A stretch of DNA of 64,000 nucleotides from Gemmatimonadales bacterium (lineage in GTDB: Bacteria > Gemmatimonadota > Gemmatimonadetes > Gemmatimonadales > GWC2-71-9). Both the position numbers and the translations under genes were made by a program. Each line of letters begins with the position of its first letter. Positions within the stretch are counted from its first letter, which is position 1. The stretch is taken from the NCBI GenBank assembly GCA_046160105.1, contig JBJXGT010000036.1, positions 161,072 to 225,071 of the forward strand. The letters run 5' to 3'. Positions 37,839 through 46,336 of this stretch are shown here, piece after piece. The notes beneath the pieces were generated by a model. That model did not search any database. It was given only the letters and a program-made list of their open reading frames with translations, and was not told the DNA's origin.

Positions 37839-38803
37839 CTGCGCCGGTCCGCTACTTCGCCCAGCCGTACGGATTTCAGGACGCCTGCGCCTGGCTGCTG
37901 CACAACGTGGCCGGCCCCAGTCAGCGGCACCGAAGCCGGACCAGTTGGCTTCCCCGTCGGACTCGGTTGGCCGCGATCACGCCGGCACTCCGCGTTGTCT
38001 TCATGGGGGATCTCTTGCCGTTGCCCCGACGAGGAATCCGGGTAAGCGACGGAGTGCGCCATCTCTTCGCCGGGGCCGATCTGGTGGTTGGCAACCTCGA
38101 AGGCACCGTGGCCACCGGGCCGCTCCGATCGGTGTTCATGGGACAGACCCACACCCCCGCTTTGCTCGACTTCCTGGGGGAACTGGTTCCGCCGGACCGA
38201 ACGGTGCTCACGTGCGCCAACAACCACGCGGGCGACTACGGCCCCGCCGCCTTCGAGGCCTCGCTCCGGCGGGTGGAGGATACCGGCATCCGGACGTTAG
38301 GCCGCGTCGACGCGCCCTCGCTGGCGGCCCACCCGATGCTCGTCCTCACCAGCGCCACGGCCTGGTCCAACCGGCCCGCGGACATGGTGGCGCCACTCGA
38401 CCGGGTGGCCGTTCCGCCGGTCCCGGAGGGTTCCCTCTCGGTGCTTTGTCCGCACTGGGGATGGGAGCTCGAGGCGTATCCCCGCCCGCCGCAGATCGCC
38501 GCGGCCCGGCGCCTGCTCGAACGGTGGGACCTGATCGTCGGGCATCACTCCCATTGTCCGCAGCCGGTGGCGACGGAGATGGTGCGCGGGGTCCCGCGGC
38601 TGGTGGCTTGGTCGCTCGGCAACTTCACCGCTCCGTTCCGGATCGGGTACCACCGGCGCGGTCTCGTTCTCACGTTGGGCCTGGGCTCGGACGCGGCCGG
38701 CCGCTGGCGAGTGGGTGAAGTCGGCTGGGATGAAGTGGCGATGCGTTTTCCCGGTCGGGGACCCGCGCTGTTGGGGCTCGCGGAGGAGCAGACCGGTCGC
38801 TAG
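37835..38803 (+). CDS. CapA family metallophosphoesterase-like protein, no signal peptide
   Basis: GDL, GNLEG, ANNH, HWGWE, GHHSH, SLGNF; ATGA-coupled to MMPL. Confidence 0.85.
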   Translation: MTAPVRYFAQPYGFQDACAWLLHNVAGPSQRHRSRTSWLPRRTRLAAITPALRVVFMGDLLPLPRRGIRVSDGVRHLFAGADLVVGNLEGTVATGPLRSVFMGQTHTPALLDFLGELVPPDRTVLTCANNHAGDYGPAAFEASLRRVEDTGIRTLGRVDAPSLAAHPMLVLTSATAWSNRPADMVAPLDRVAVPPVPEGSLSVLCPHWGWELEAYPRPPQIAAARRLLERWDLIVGHHSHCPQPVATEMVRGVPRLVAWSLGNFTAPFRIGYHRRGLVLTLGLGSDAAGRWRVGEVGWDEVAMRFPGRGPALLGLAEEQTGR

Positions 38804-39948
38804 GCGAGCGCGATCTCGAAATGGAGAGGGCGGTCGTCGAGCGGCGGACCCCGCCAGGGGCCGCCAGCCGTAAGCACGTATGCTTCCACGTCGGTGACGA
38901 TGGCGGGGATCCCCGCGAGGGCACCCGCGGCCGCGTCGGTGACGTCGAGTCCGATCGTCAGCGCGACCGCGCCGAGGCCCCGACAGCCCTCCGCCGCGGT
39001 GAGCAGAAGGGTCCGCAGCGTGTCGGGCTCTTCTGGTGGGACGCAGAGGTTGACCACTTGAATGGCTCGGAGCGGTTCCCCCCGCCGGGGCAGGCGGGAA
39101 CCGCCGAGAGCGGGTGCGACGACGTTATACATCGCGCGAAAGGCGGCCGCCCCGCGGGAGTAATCCAGGACGGTGGTCTCCTTGCAGGCGCGTTCATCCC
39201 ACCCGGCGAGAAACCCGGCCAAGCTCCCGTCGGGCCGCCGGGCCAGCCAGTACGACGTCCAGTCGAGTCCGGGCGCCGCGGCGATCCAGCGCGAGAGCGC
39301 GCTTTCGTCCCGAGCCTGGGTGAACTGCCGTCGGGGCGCCAACCTCGACCAAAGCGCCGCCATTTCCCCGGCATCTTGCGGCCGGGCAGCGGTGATCCGG
39401 AGCGAACTGCGCGGTTTCCGGCGTCGGACCAGGGGAAGGGTGTGAAGCCGCAGAGTCGCGATCCGGCGAAACGGAGAGACCCCCGCCTTCCCGGTCAGCA
39501 AGGTCCTCATGGCGCGATTCCCCGCCAGCACCGTCACCAACGCGGGCATGTCGGGGTCGATGTCGGCACACAGGTGGGTCCCGGCGGAGACCAGCGCCTC
39601 GCTCAGTCCGCGCCCCCGCCAGGCGGGGTGCACCCGCAGATCGCCGGCGTAAAGCGAGGGCCGCAGCACGCCGCCGATCCAGCTTTGGCGGCCGAGGACG
39701 GCGGCACACCCGACCAGCGCTCCCTCCGCCGTTTCGACCACCAGCACCCGGCTCCACTCTCCGCCGAGACGGGTCAAGGCGAAGAAGTCCGGCCGCCGAC
39801 TGGTCCGCAGGGAGAAGGCCGCCTCGACCGGGCACGCCTCGACCAAGTCGAGCAGCGCGGAGTTGTCGTCCGGGCGAGCGAGGCGGACCCGCCAGGGAGC
39901 CCGCGAGTCCGAGGGCCTCGGGCCGGCGGGGAGGGAGAGTGAGGTCAC
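38800..39948 (-). CDS. Long (probably tandem) GNAT family N-acyltransferase
   Basis: VRLARPDD, RRPDFF, YAGDLRVHPAWRGRGL, VLAGN; second half ITAARPQD...LAGFLAGWD. Confidence 0.82.
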   Translation of the reverse strand: MTSLSLPAGPRPSDSRAPWRVRLARPDDNSALLDLVEACPVEAAFSLRTSRRPDFFALTRLGGEWSRVLVVETAEGALVGCAAVLGRQSWIGGVLRPSLYAGDLRVHPAWRGRGLSEALVSAGTHLCADIDPDMPALVTVLAGNRAMRTLLTGKAGVSPFRRIATLRLHTLPLVRRRKPRSSLRITAARPQDAGEMAALWSRLAPRRQFTQARDESALSRWIAAAPGLDWTSYWLARRPDGSLAGFLAGWDERACKETTVLDYSRGAAAFRAMYNVVAPALGGSRLPRRGEPLRAIQVVNLCVPPEEPDTLRTLLLTAAEGCRGLGAVALTIGLDVTDAAAGALAGIPAIVTDVEAYVLTAGGPWRGPPLDDRPLHFEIALA

Positions 39949-39979
39949 CGCCGCCTCCGGCCGAGCGTCAGTCGGCCGC

Positions 39980-40150
39980 TCATACCAGTGTCCTCAGCGA
40001 TTTCCAGATCGCTTCGGGCCGCCCCTCCCACATGTGGGACACCTCGACGACCCCGACGTCGCGACAGCGGTTGCAGCCTTCGGCCCGCGCCACGAACTCG
40101 GCAAAGTCGCCACTCCTGAATAGCTCGGGAATTGGGTTGCGCACGGCCGA
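39980..40150 (-). pseudogene. Probable C-terminal remnant of a radical SAM/SPASM protein
   Basis: IPELFRS...ARAEGCNRCRD...EVSHMW resembles a SPASM tail; no upstream radical SAM core. Confidence 0.4.
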
Positions 40151-40315
40151 TCTCCTTCCCAGCGGGTTGGCGTCAGGCAGGCTAGCCAGACCAGGACCGA
40201 CCGCCAGCGTGTATTCCAAGCTTGGGGGTGCCCCGTCAAGGCGCCGTCAAGGCGCCCCGGTGGCGCCGGGTAACCGTGCGTAGGCGGGTTACGCTCCCGA
40301 TGGGTAGATTCACCC

Positions 40316-42085
40316 ATGGCCTCCACCCGGAAGATCTCAGCAGTACTCGCGCTACTCTCCCTTGCCCTCCTCCCGGCCGCCGCCGCGGCGCAGAGCGCGG
40401 CCGGCGCCGATATCCGGTTCGGCGTCAAAGTGCCGATGCGCGACGGCGTCCGCCTCAACGCGACGGTCTATTCGCCACGGGGCCCGGAGGAGAAACGCCC
40501 GGTCATCATGGCGATGACCCCCTACATTGCCGACGGCTACCACAAGTTCGTTCAGCCGGCCGCGCAGCGTGGCTACGTGGTGGCGGTGCTCGATGTCCGG
40601 GGCCGGGGCAGCTCCGAGGGTCAGTTCGATCCGTTCCGCAACGACGCCAAAGACGGCTACGACGCCATCGAATGGCTGGCCGCCCAGCCGTGGAGCAACG
40701 GCAAGGTCGGGATGATGGGCGGGTCGTACGGCGGCTTCAACCAATGGAGCATCGCCAAGGAGTTTCCGCCCCACCTCGTCACCATCACGCCGACCGCCTC
40801 CGCCTACCTGGGCGTCGATTTTCCGCACCTCGGCGGCATCTGGCCCAGCTACGCCATCCAGTGGCTGACCTTCACCACCGGCCAGACCCCCAACGCCAAC
40901 ATCTTCGGCGACGGCGGCTATTGGCGGGACAAATTCCGGGTCCGGTATCTCGAGCACCGGCCCTATGCTTCGCTCGATACCCTGGTCGGCAACCCGTCAG
41001 CGGCGTTCCAGCGGTGGATCACCCACCCAGATCTCGACGATTTCTGGCTGTCGCTGGCGCCCTCGCCCGACCAGCTGGCCCGGCTGTCGGTCCCGATCCT
41101 GACCCGGACCGGGATGTACGACGGGGATCAGATCGGGGCGATGGAGCACTATCGGCAACACATGAAGCACGGGTCGGCGGCGGCCAAAGCCAATCACTAT
41201 CTGATGATCGGCCCGTGGGACCACGCTGGCACTAGGACACCCAGGCGGGAGATGGATGGGCTCTCGTTCGGCGAGACGGCCGTGTTCGACATGGGATCGC
41301 TCGAAGCCGACTGGTTCGATTGGGCGATGCGGGGTGGTGCTCGCCCGGCCAAGCTCCCCAAGCGGGTCGCTTACTACGTGACCGGCGCCGAGACCTGGAA
41401 GTACGCCGACGACCTCGACGAGATCGGCCGCAATCCCACCCCGTACTACCTCACCTCGCCCGGCCGAAGCGCCACCGACATCTTCCACTCCGGCACGCTC
41501 GCGACCACCCCGGCGGACTCGCCAGGCGATGTCTGGGTCAACGACCCGCTGGACACGTCGCGCGGCCGGCTGGAAGGTGAGGAGCCCAACTACGTCGATC
41601 CGTCGGAGGCCCACGCCCTGCCCGGTGGCGGCCTCATCTATCACAGCGCCCCGTTCGAGCGGGCCACCGAGATCAGCGGCTTTCCGATGCTGTCGCTCTG
41701 GGTGACGATGGACGTGCTCGATGCCGACTTCAGAGTCTCGCTCTATGAGATTACCGTCGCGGGGCAGAGCATTCTCCTCGACGACGCCCAACTCCGGGCC
41801 CGGTACCGCGAGTCGCGCCAACGGCAGGTGCTCGTCACGCCCGGCCGTCCGACCCGGCTCGACTTCGACAAGTTCCGGTTCATGAGCCGCCGGATCGCGG
41901 CCGGAAGCCGGCTTCGGCTGCTGATCGGATCGCCGAACACGATCCACCTGCAGCGCAACTACCAGAGTGGCGGCGACGTGGCGCGGGAAACGGCCAAGGA
42001 CGCCAAGGTGGCGCGGTTCGAGTTGCTCCACGACCGCGAACACCGCAGCGTGCTGTCGCTCCCGGTGACCCCGGAATCCCGCTAG
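40316..42085 (+). CDS. CocE/NonD family (S15) hydrolase, secreted
   Basis: VPMRDGVRL, TPY, DVRGRGSSEG, GGSYGG, GPWDH, PepX_C-like tail. Confidence 0.92.
   Translation: MASTRKISAVLALLSLALLPAAAAAQSAAGADIRFGVKVPMRDGVRLNATVYSPRGPEEKRPVIMAMTPYIADGYHKFVQPAAQRGYVVAVLDVRGRGSSEGQFDPFRNDAKDGYDAIEWLAAQPWSNGKVGMMGGSYGGFNQWSIAKEFPPHLVTITPTASAYLGVDFPHLGGIWPSYAIQWLTFTTGQTPNANIFGDGGYWRDKFRVRYLEHRPYASLDTLVGNPSAAFQRWITHPDLDDFWLSLAPSPDQLARLSVPILTRTGMYDGDQIGAMEHYRQHMKHGSAAAKANHYLMIGPWDHAGTRTPRREMDGLSFGETAVFDMGSLEADWFDWAMRGGARPAKLPKRVAYYVTGAETWKYADDLDEIGRNPTPYYLTSPGRSATDIFHSGTLATTPADSPGDVWVNDPLDTSRGRLEGEEPNYVDPSEAHALPGGGLIYHSAPFERATEISGFPMLSLWVTMDVLDADFRVSLYEITVAGQSILLDDAQLRARYRESRQRQVLVTPGRPTRLDFDKFRFMSRRIAAGSRLRLLIGSPNTIHLQRNYQSGGDVARETAKDAKVARFELLHDREHRSVLSLPVTPESR
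41980..42036 (+). repeat. 57-bp exact direct repeat, copy 1 (near the CocE 3' end)
   Basis: Identical to 44528-44584. Confidence 0.92.
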
Positions 42086-42164
42086 GTCTGGGACGCCGCG
42101 CCGACTGGGGGCGGCGAGTCAGGCCCGGCCGGGGTTTCGGACGGGGGTCAGGCGTTCAGGTGGG

Positions 42165-42376
42165 CGCCCTTGGCCGTGGTAGACGCTCGGGGGTCGCCGA
42201 CCCCAGTGTCCCTGGTCACCTGGCTCCACCGCCGAGGTAGCCAGGCCCACCCCTCCTGGACCGCCGCCACCCGTGAGGGGCGAACCGCTCCGTCCCCCGC
42301 CGTCTCGAGCGGGCCGACCAGGGCCGAAACCACTACCTGCATCAGGCTCGTTTCCAACTCGCCCGCGTGGTCCCCC
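42165..42376 (-). pseudogene. Diverged 3' fragment of a creatininase gene
   Basis: GDHAGELETSLMQV...GWAWLPRRW...DTGVGDPR; collinear with 45655-45865 at offset 3490. Confidence 0.9.
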
Positions 42377-42552
42377 AGACATTTTGGTCACTCTCCTGTT
42401 GGGTGCACGTCGGCCGCTTGAGTCCTTTGGCCGCAACATGTTAGGTCAGGATGATGGCGGGGTGATTCTCCCGGAGATTGGGGTGACGGCTGAGGGTCAT
42501 CTTAGTCTCGAACCTGGTCGCCGCGTCGGCGGCTGGCAACGAGGAGCGACTT

Positions 42553-44397
42553 ATGCGACGAATAGCTGGCGGGAACCCCTTGCGGAGGGTGTTCACCATC
42601 GTAGTGCTTCTGGTGATGCCCCTGACTGCGTACGGCCAGAGCCTGGACAAGCCCGTGGTGCAGAAGACCTCTGCGGTGGTGGGGACTCCCCCTTCGAACC
42701 TCCGCGCCCTGCCGAGCCCGACCAGCATCCGGCTGACCTGGACCTGCCCTTCGGGAGCGACCGGGTACGAAATCTTTTCCGGTGCGAACGGCGGGACGCC
42801 GGTGCGCCTCGCGACGACCACGCTGCAGTGCCACCAGGACCTCTCCCCTCAGCTCAACGTCGACCCCAGGCTCCCTGCACCGGCGCCGGTGTACATCTCG
42901 AGCTACGACCATGCCGGACTGGCTCCGGCGACGGCGTTCGTCTACGTCGTGCGGGCGCTATACCCGGACGGGTACTCCGACACCGGTCCTCTCACGACGC
43001 AGACCGAGCTTCTGCCAGCGCCCACCGGCATCGTGATCGACCTCATCGGCGGCCGGATGGCGAGAGTCGGCTGGAAGCAGGTGCCCGGAGTCTCCGGGTA
43101 TCATGTGTATCGCAAGCTCGCGGGCCAATCCGGCTTTGAGCTTGTGACCACCTTCGGCCCGGTTCCCCCCGGCTCGTACGAGCATTTGGACATGACCTAC
43201 CTGCCCGGCGGGCAGCACGCGTACTACGTCCAGGCCGTCGGCGGCGCTCCGTCGGTGGCCGCGACCGTTACTCTGCCGCCGGCAATCAGCGCGGAGCAGC
43301 TCGAGAACGGTACGGTGCATCTCACCTGGGCACCGGTCTCGTATGCCTACAGCAAGCCGTTCTACCTGGTAACCGGGCCGCCGACCAACACCCCGATCCG
43401 GGTGGACGATAACAAACTGACCGTGAACAAGGTTCCCGCGGGACCGGCGACCTGGCAGGTGACCGCGATGCTGCAGGACGGGAATGCCCCCCCCTTCACG
43501 CTCGGCTCGTTCAGCACGTCCCTCACGGTCGTCCGGGCGCGCTATCGGCTGGTCGCTGAGGCGATCAGAGTGGCCTCGGAGACCGCGGACAAGCCGCTGT
43601 CGGAAGACGGGGTGTTCGATGAGGTGTTCGTTGCTTCGTTCGCCGAGCGGTATCTCCGGCCGTCTCCGGCGACCGGGGGCGGGATGACGCTGGTCGAACG
43701 GCAGCCGGTCCAGGTGAGCCATGTTCACGGCGACGTCGCCAACTGGCTGCCGTCCGACCGCGTGCAGGCCGGGACGGCGTCGGCCACCGGCGGCGTCCGG
43801 GCGCGGGACGTGATCAGCCCGATCTGGGCGGCGCCCAGCGGGAACTACCTGGGCGGCTCGCCCGGCTTTGTACTCTGGGAGGGAGAGCTGCTTCCCGGCA
43901 AGCACGACCTGTTGCTGCGACCCACCATCTGGGAGCTGGATGATACCTATTCCGGTGGCGCCCTTTCCCGGAATCCGAATGCAGGATCCTGCTTGTACTT
44001 CCTGTGCAGTTGGCCCGCCATCATTGCCGGGGCAGCGTCCTTCATGGCCCCTGCGCAGGCGGCGATGGCCGGCAGCCAGATTGCGGTGATTGATGGATAC
44101 AAGGTGGGGTACGTGGGCTCACCAAGCGTCGTGCACCTCGAAAAGCAGAGCTCCGACCGGCCGGTGGGTCTTCAGGTCGACGGCACAGCGCCGAAACACC
44201 TGGGACTGACCGGGGACTGGTATGATAAAGTGGTGGTTCTCAGCAGCGAGAAGATTGAGGCGGCGCTGGCCCGCGGGAGCAATCGGATCGAGGTGCGGTA
44301 TTGGGATCACTGGGCCGTCCCGAACCAGGCGCAGACCACGGTCGACTACCTGAACGGCGACTACACCCTCGTGATCCGGATCGAGCGATTGCCGTGA
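42553..44397 (+). CDS. Secreted fibronectin type III-like repeat protein with unknown C-terminal domain
   Basis: Signal peptide; PSNLRA..SIRLTW..GATGYEI, GLAPATAFVYVVRA, WKQVPGVSGYHVYR; GAGGAG RBS. Confidence 0.72.
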   Translation: MRRIAGGNPLRRVFTIVVLLVMPLTAYGQSLDKPVVQKTSAVVGTPPSNLRALPSPTSIRLTWTCPSGATGYEIFSGANGGTPVRLATTTLQCHQDLSPQLNVDPRLPAPAPVYISSYDHAGLAPATAFVYVVRALYPDGYSDTGPLTTQTELLPAPTGIVIDLIGGRMARVGWKQVPGVSGYHVYRKLAGQSGFELVTTFGPVPPGSYEHLDMTYLPGGQHAYYVQAVGGAPSVAATVTLPPAISAEQLENGTVHLTWAPVSYAYSKPFYLVTGPPTNTPIRVDDNKLTVNKVPAGPATWQVTAMLQDGNAPPFTLGSFSTSLTVVRARYRLVAEAIRVASETADKPLSEDGVFDEVFVASFAERYLRPSPATGGGMTLVERQPVQVSHVHGDVANWLPSDRVQAGTASATGGVRARDVISPIWAAPSGNYLGGSPGFVLWEGELLPGKHDLLLRPTIWELDDTYSGGALSRNPNAGSCLYFLCSWPAIIAGAASFMAPAQAAMAGSQIAVIDGYKVGYVGSPSVVHLEKQSSDRPVGLQVDGTAPKHLGLTGDWYDKVVVLSSEKIEAALARGSNRIEVRYWDHWAVPNQAQTTVDYLNGDYTLVIRIERLP

Positions 44398-44485
44398 GAC
44401 TTCCGGAGAGCTCGGTGAGGTGTAATGACGGCGTCAAGCTCTTGGCCTTGATTCGCTTCGGACAACTCGGCGACCAGTCCAAGGG

Positions 44486-44527
44486 GACCGGACCGACCTC
44501 GAAAATCCGGCGGAGCAGCTCAGCCCG
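44486..44527 (-). mobile_element. Tiny remnant of an IS91-family (Y2) transposase C-terminus
   Basis: RAELLRRIFEVGPV is three single-base changes from the WAELLRRIFEVDPL-type motif I recall for this family. Confidence 0.45.
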
Positions 44528-44584
44528 GGCGCGGGAAACGGCCAAGGACGCCAAGGTGGCGCGGTTCGAGTTGCTCCACGACCG
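44528..44584 (+). repeat. 57-bp exact direct repeat, copy 2 (CocE 3' fragment)
   Basis: Identical to 41980-42036. Confidence 0.92.
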
Positions 44585-44611
44585 GGCGCACGCGGCGAAA
44601 CGCCCTCCAGC

Positions 44612-44749
44612 GTGAAGGAGTCGGGACAGCCAGGTCGCCACCGCCTGACCGATGGCCGCGCCGGAGTCTTCTTGGATGGAATGTTGACCGGGCACCGTCA
44701 CCTCCTGCTGGTTCGGCCAGCTGCGACAGAACTCGCGCTGCGCGCCAAC
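44612..44749 (-). pseudogene. C-terminal fragment of a haloalkane dehalogenase (LinB-like)
   Basis: GAQREFCRSWPNQQEVTVPGQHSIQEDS..IGQAVATWL resembles the LinB-type C-terminus including the catalytic His. Confidence 0.8.
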
Positions 44750-44751
44750 CG

Positions 44752-44887
44752 CTGCTCTGTCGGATGAGCGGTTCGGGCTCGGCCCTGTTCGCCATCTATC
44801 GCACCGAAACGCGATCGGGATGACGCCAGGATGATGTTGGGCAAGAAACACGGGGTTACCATCCCCACCGAAACCATCTCCCTCTAG
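44752..44887 (+). pseudogene. ispE: Frameshifted C-terminal fragment of a GHMP kinase, probably IspE
   Basis: LLCRMSGSGSALFAIYRTE, then after a 1-nt shift RDRDDARMMLGKKHG...stop. Confidence 0.6.
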
Positions 44888-45282
44888 CGGACAGTCACCG
44901 GAAACGGTCCGAAGGTCCGCTCGTCCGTCTTGTTGCCATGCCCATAGCCAATCGTCATGGTCCCGGCGCCACCGGAGCTTCGGCCGGTGACTTCGAAACG
45001 GAGCTTCTGACCCGGGATGGTCCCCTCGGAGGCGATGGATGCCGGGGAGAAACGGAGCAGTGCGCTATGGTCCGCATCGAGGCCAACGATCTGGGTACCA
45101 TCACCGCGGTAGAATCGAACCTCGACGACCAGGATCTGGCCGGCGGGTACCGACACGGCTGGCGTCAGCTCGGCCCCAGCGGCGGAAAACAGCTTGGCAC
45201 TGGCGGGTTCGTCGTGGGGGTGGGGGCCTTGATCAGCGCAGCCGGCGACCCAGGCCAGCGTCAGCACCAGCCACCCCTTCAT
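44884..45282 (-). CDS. Hypothetical lipoprotein with His-rich N-terminus
   Basis: Lipobox VAGC, HPHDEP, beta-rich, GYGHG. Confidence 0.75.
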   Translation of the reverse strand: MKGWLVLTLAWVAGCADQGPHPHDEPASAKLFSAAGAELTPAVSVPAGQILVVEVRFYRGDGTQIVGLDADHSALLRFSPASIASEGTIPGQKLRFEVTGRSSGGAGTMTIGYGHGNKTDERTFGPFPVTVR

Positions 45283-45527
45283 CGGGTCCGTCCGGTCTCG
45301 GTGGTGAGTTCGACCTGCCAGTCCTCACCCTTGCCCACTCGGTACCGGGTCGCGAAGCTGCCCTGATTGAGCGCCGCCCCGAAGCTCTTGACGAGGGGGG
45401 CCCGCCCGCCAAAGGCAACGTTGGCCCCGCGCCGAACGACCACCGAGACGGTATCGCCCACGCGCACGATGCCAGGGAGCCCGATCGCGAGGGCGAAGAT
45501 GTGCTGGATCTGCAGGAGGTCAGTCAC
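45279..45527 (-). CDS. Hypothetical 82-aa ORF, possibly a gene fragment
   Basis: Overlaps both neighbours by 4 nt; no recognisable motif. Confidence 0.4.
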   Translation of the reverse strand: MTDLLQIQHIFALAIGLPGIVRVGDTVSVVVRRGANVAFGGRAPLVKSFGAALNQGSFATRYRVGKGEDWQVELTTETGRTR

Positions 45528-46336
45528 CTGAGGCCTGGCCGGTTCGTTTGTCCCAACATATCGTGAGATCGGTCATAGAGGTCGTTCGGGTCGGCGCCGG
45601 CCAACTCCACCAGGAAACCGGCGATCTTGGCGCTGACCGCGGCGAAGTAGCGCGCTCCCTTGGCGGCGGTGGCCGCCCGAGGATCACCGACGCCGGTGTC
45701 CCGGGTCATCTCGGTCCACCGCCGCGGCAGCCAGGCCCATCCCTCGCGCACGGCAGCCAATCTCGACGGACGGGCCGCGCCGTCCCCCGCCGTTTCCAGC
45801 GGGCCCACCAGCGACGGCGCCACCACCTGCATCAGGCTCGTCTCCAACTCGCCGGCGTGGTCCCCGGGCTCGTCGAAGAACGGCGTCGGGTCGACTACCG
45901 CGTACCAGTGGACTTGGACCAGCACGACCGGCGTCCGGGGCTGGATCTCCCGAATGATCTGCTTGAAGTCGTTGCCGCCGTGCCCGTTCAGGATCACCAA
46001 CTTGCGGATCCCGTGCTGTTCGAGCGTCTCGAGCAGATCGACCAGGATCGCCTGCTGGGTGCTTGGATTCAGATTGAGGCAGAAGGGAATGTCGCGCTGG
46101 GTCGTCTGGACCCCGAACGGCACCGCCGGCAGCACCAGAACCCTGGCGTCCGCTTGCCAGGCGAGCCGCGCGGCCTCGGCGGCGATCGCGTCGACCTGGA
46201 TGGTGTCGGTGGCGTAGGGCAGGTGGCGATTGTGTGCTTCGGTGGCGCCCCAGGGGAGGATCGCCACGTCGTAGCGGGTCTGACGAACCGTTTCCCAGGT
46301 CGAGCTGGCGAGCAGATATGGCCGGGGGCCGCTCAC
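45524..46336 (-). CDS. Creatininase family protein
   Basis: PWGATEAHNRHLP..TD, NGHGGN, HAGELETS; C-terminus extends past the expected DLY end. Confidence 0.9.
   Translation of the reverse strand: MSGPRPYLLASSTWETVRQTRYDVAILPWGATEAHNRHLPYATDTIQVDAIAAEAARLAWQADARVLVLPAVPFGVQTTQRDIPFCLNLNPSTQQAILVDLLETLEQHGIRKLVILNGHGGNDFKQIIREIQPRTPVVLVQVHWYAVVDPTPFFDEPGDHAGELETSLMQVVAPSLVGPLETAGDGAARPSRLAAVREGWAWLPRRWTEMTRDTGVGDPRAATAAKGARYFAAVSAKIAGFLVELAGADPNDLYDRSHDMLGQTNRPGLR

Noticed and set aside
37835-38803. Poly-gamma-glutamate capsule locus
   Set aside because: No capB or capC, and the CapA-like protein has no signal or TM segment.
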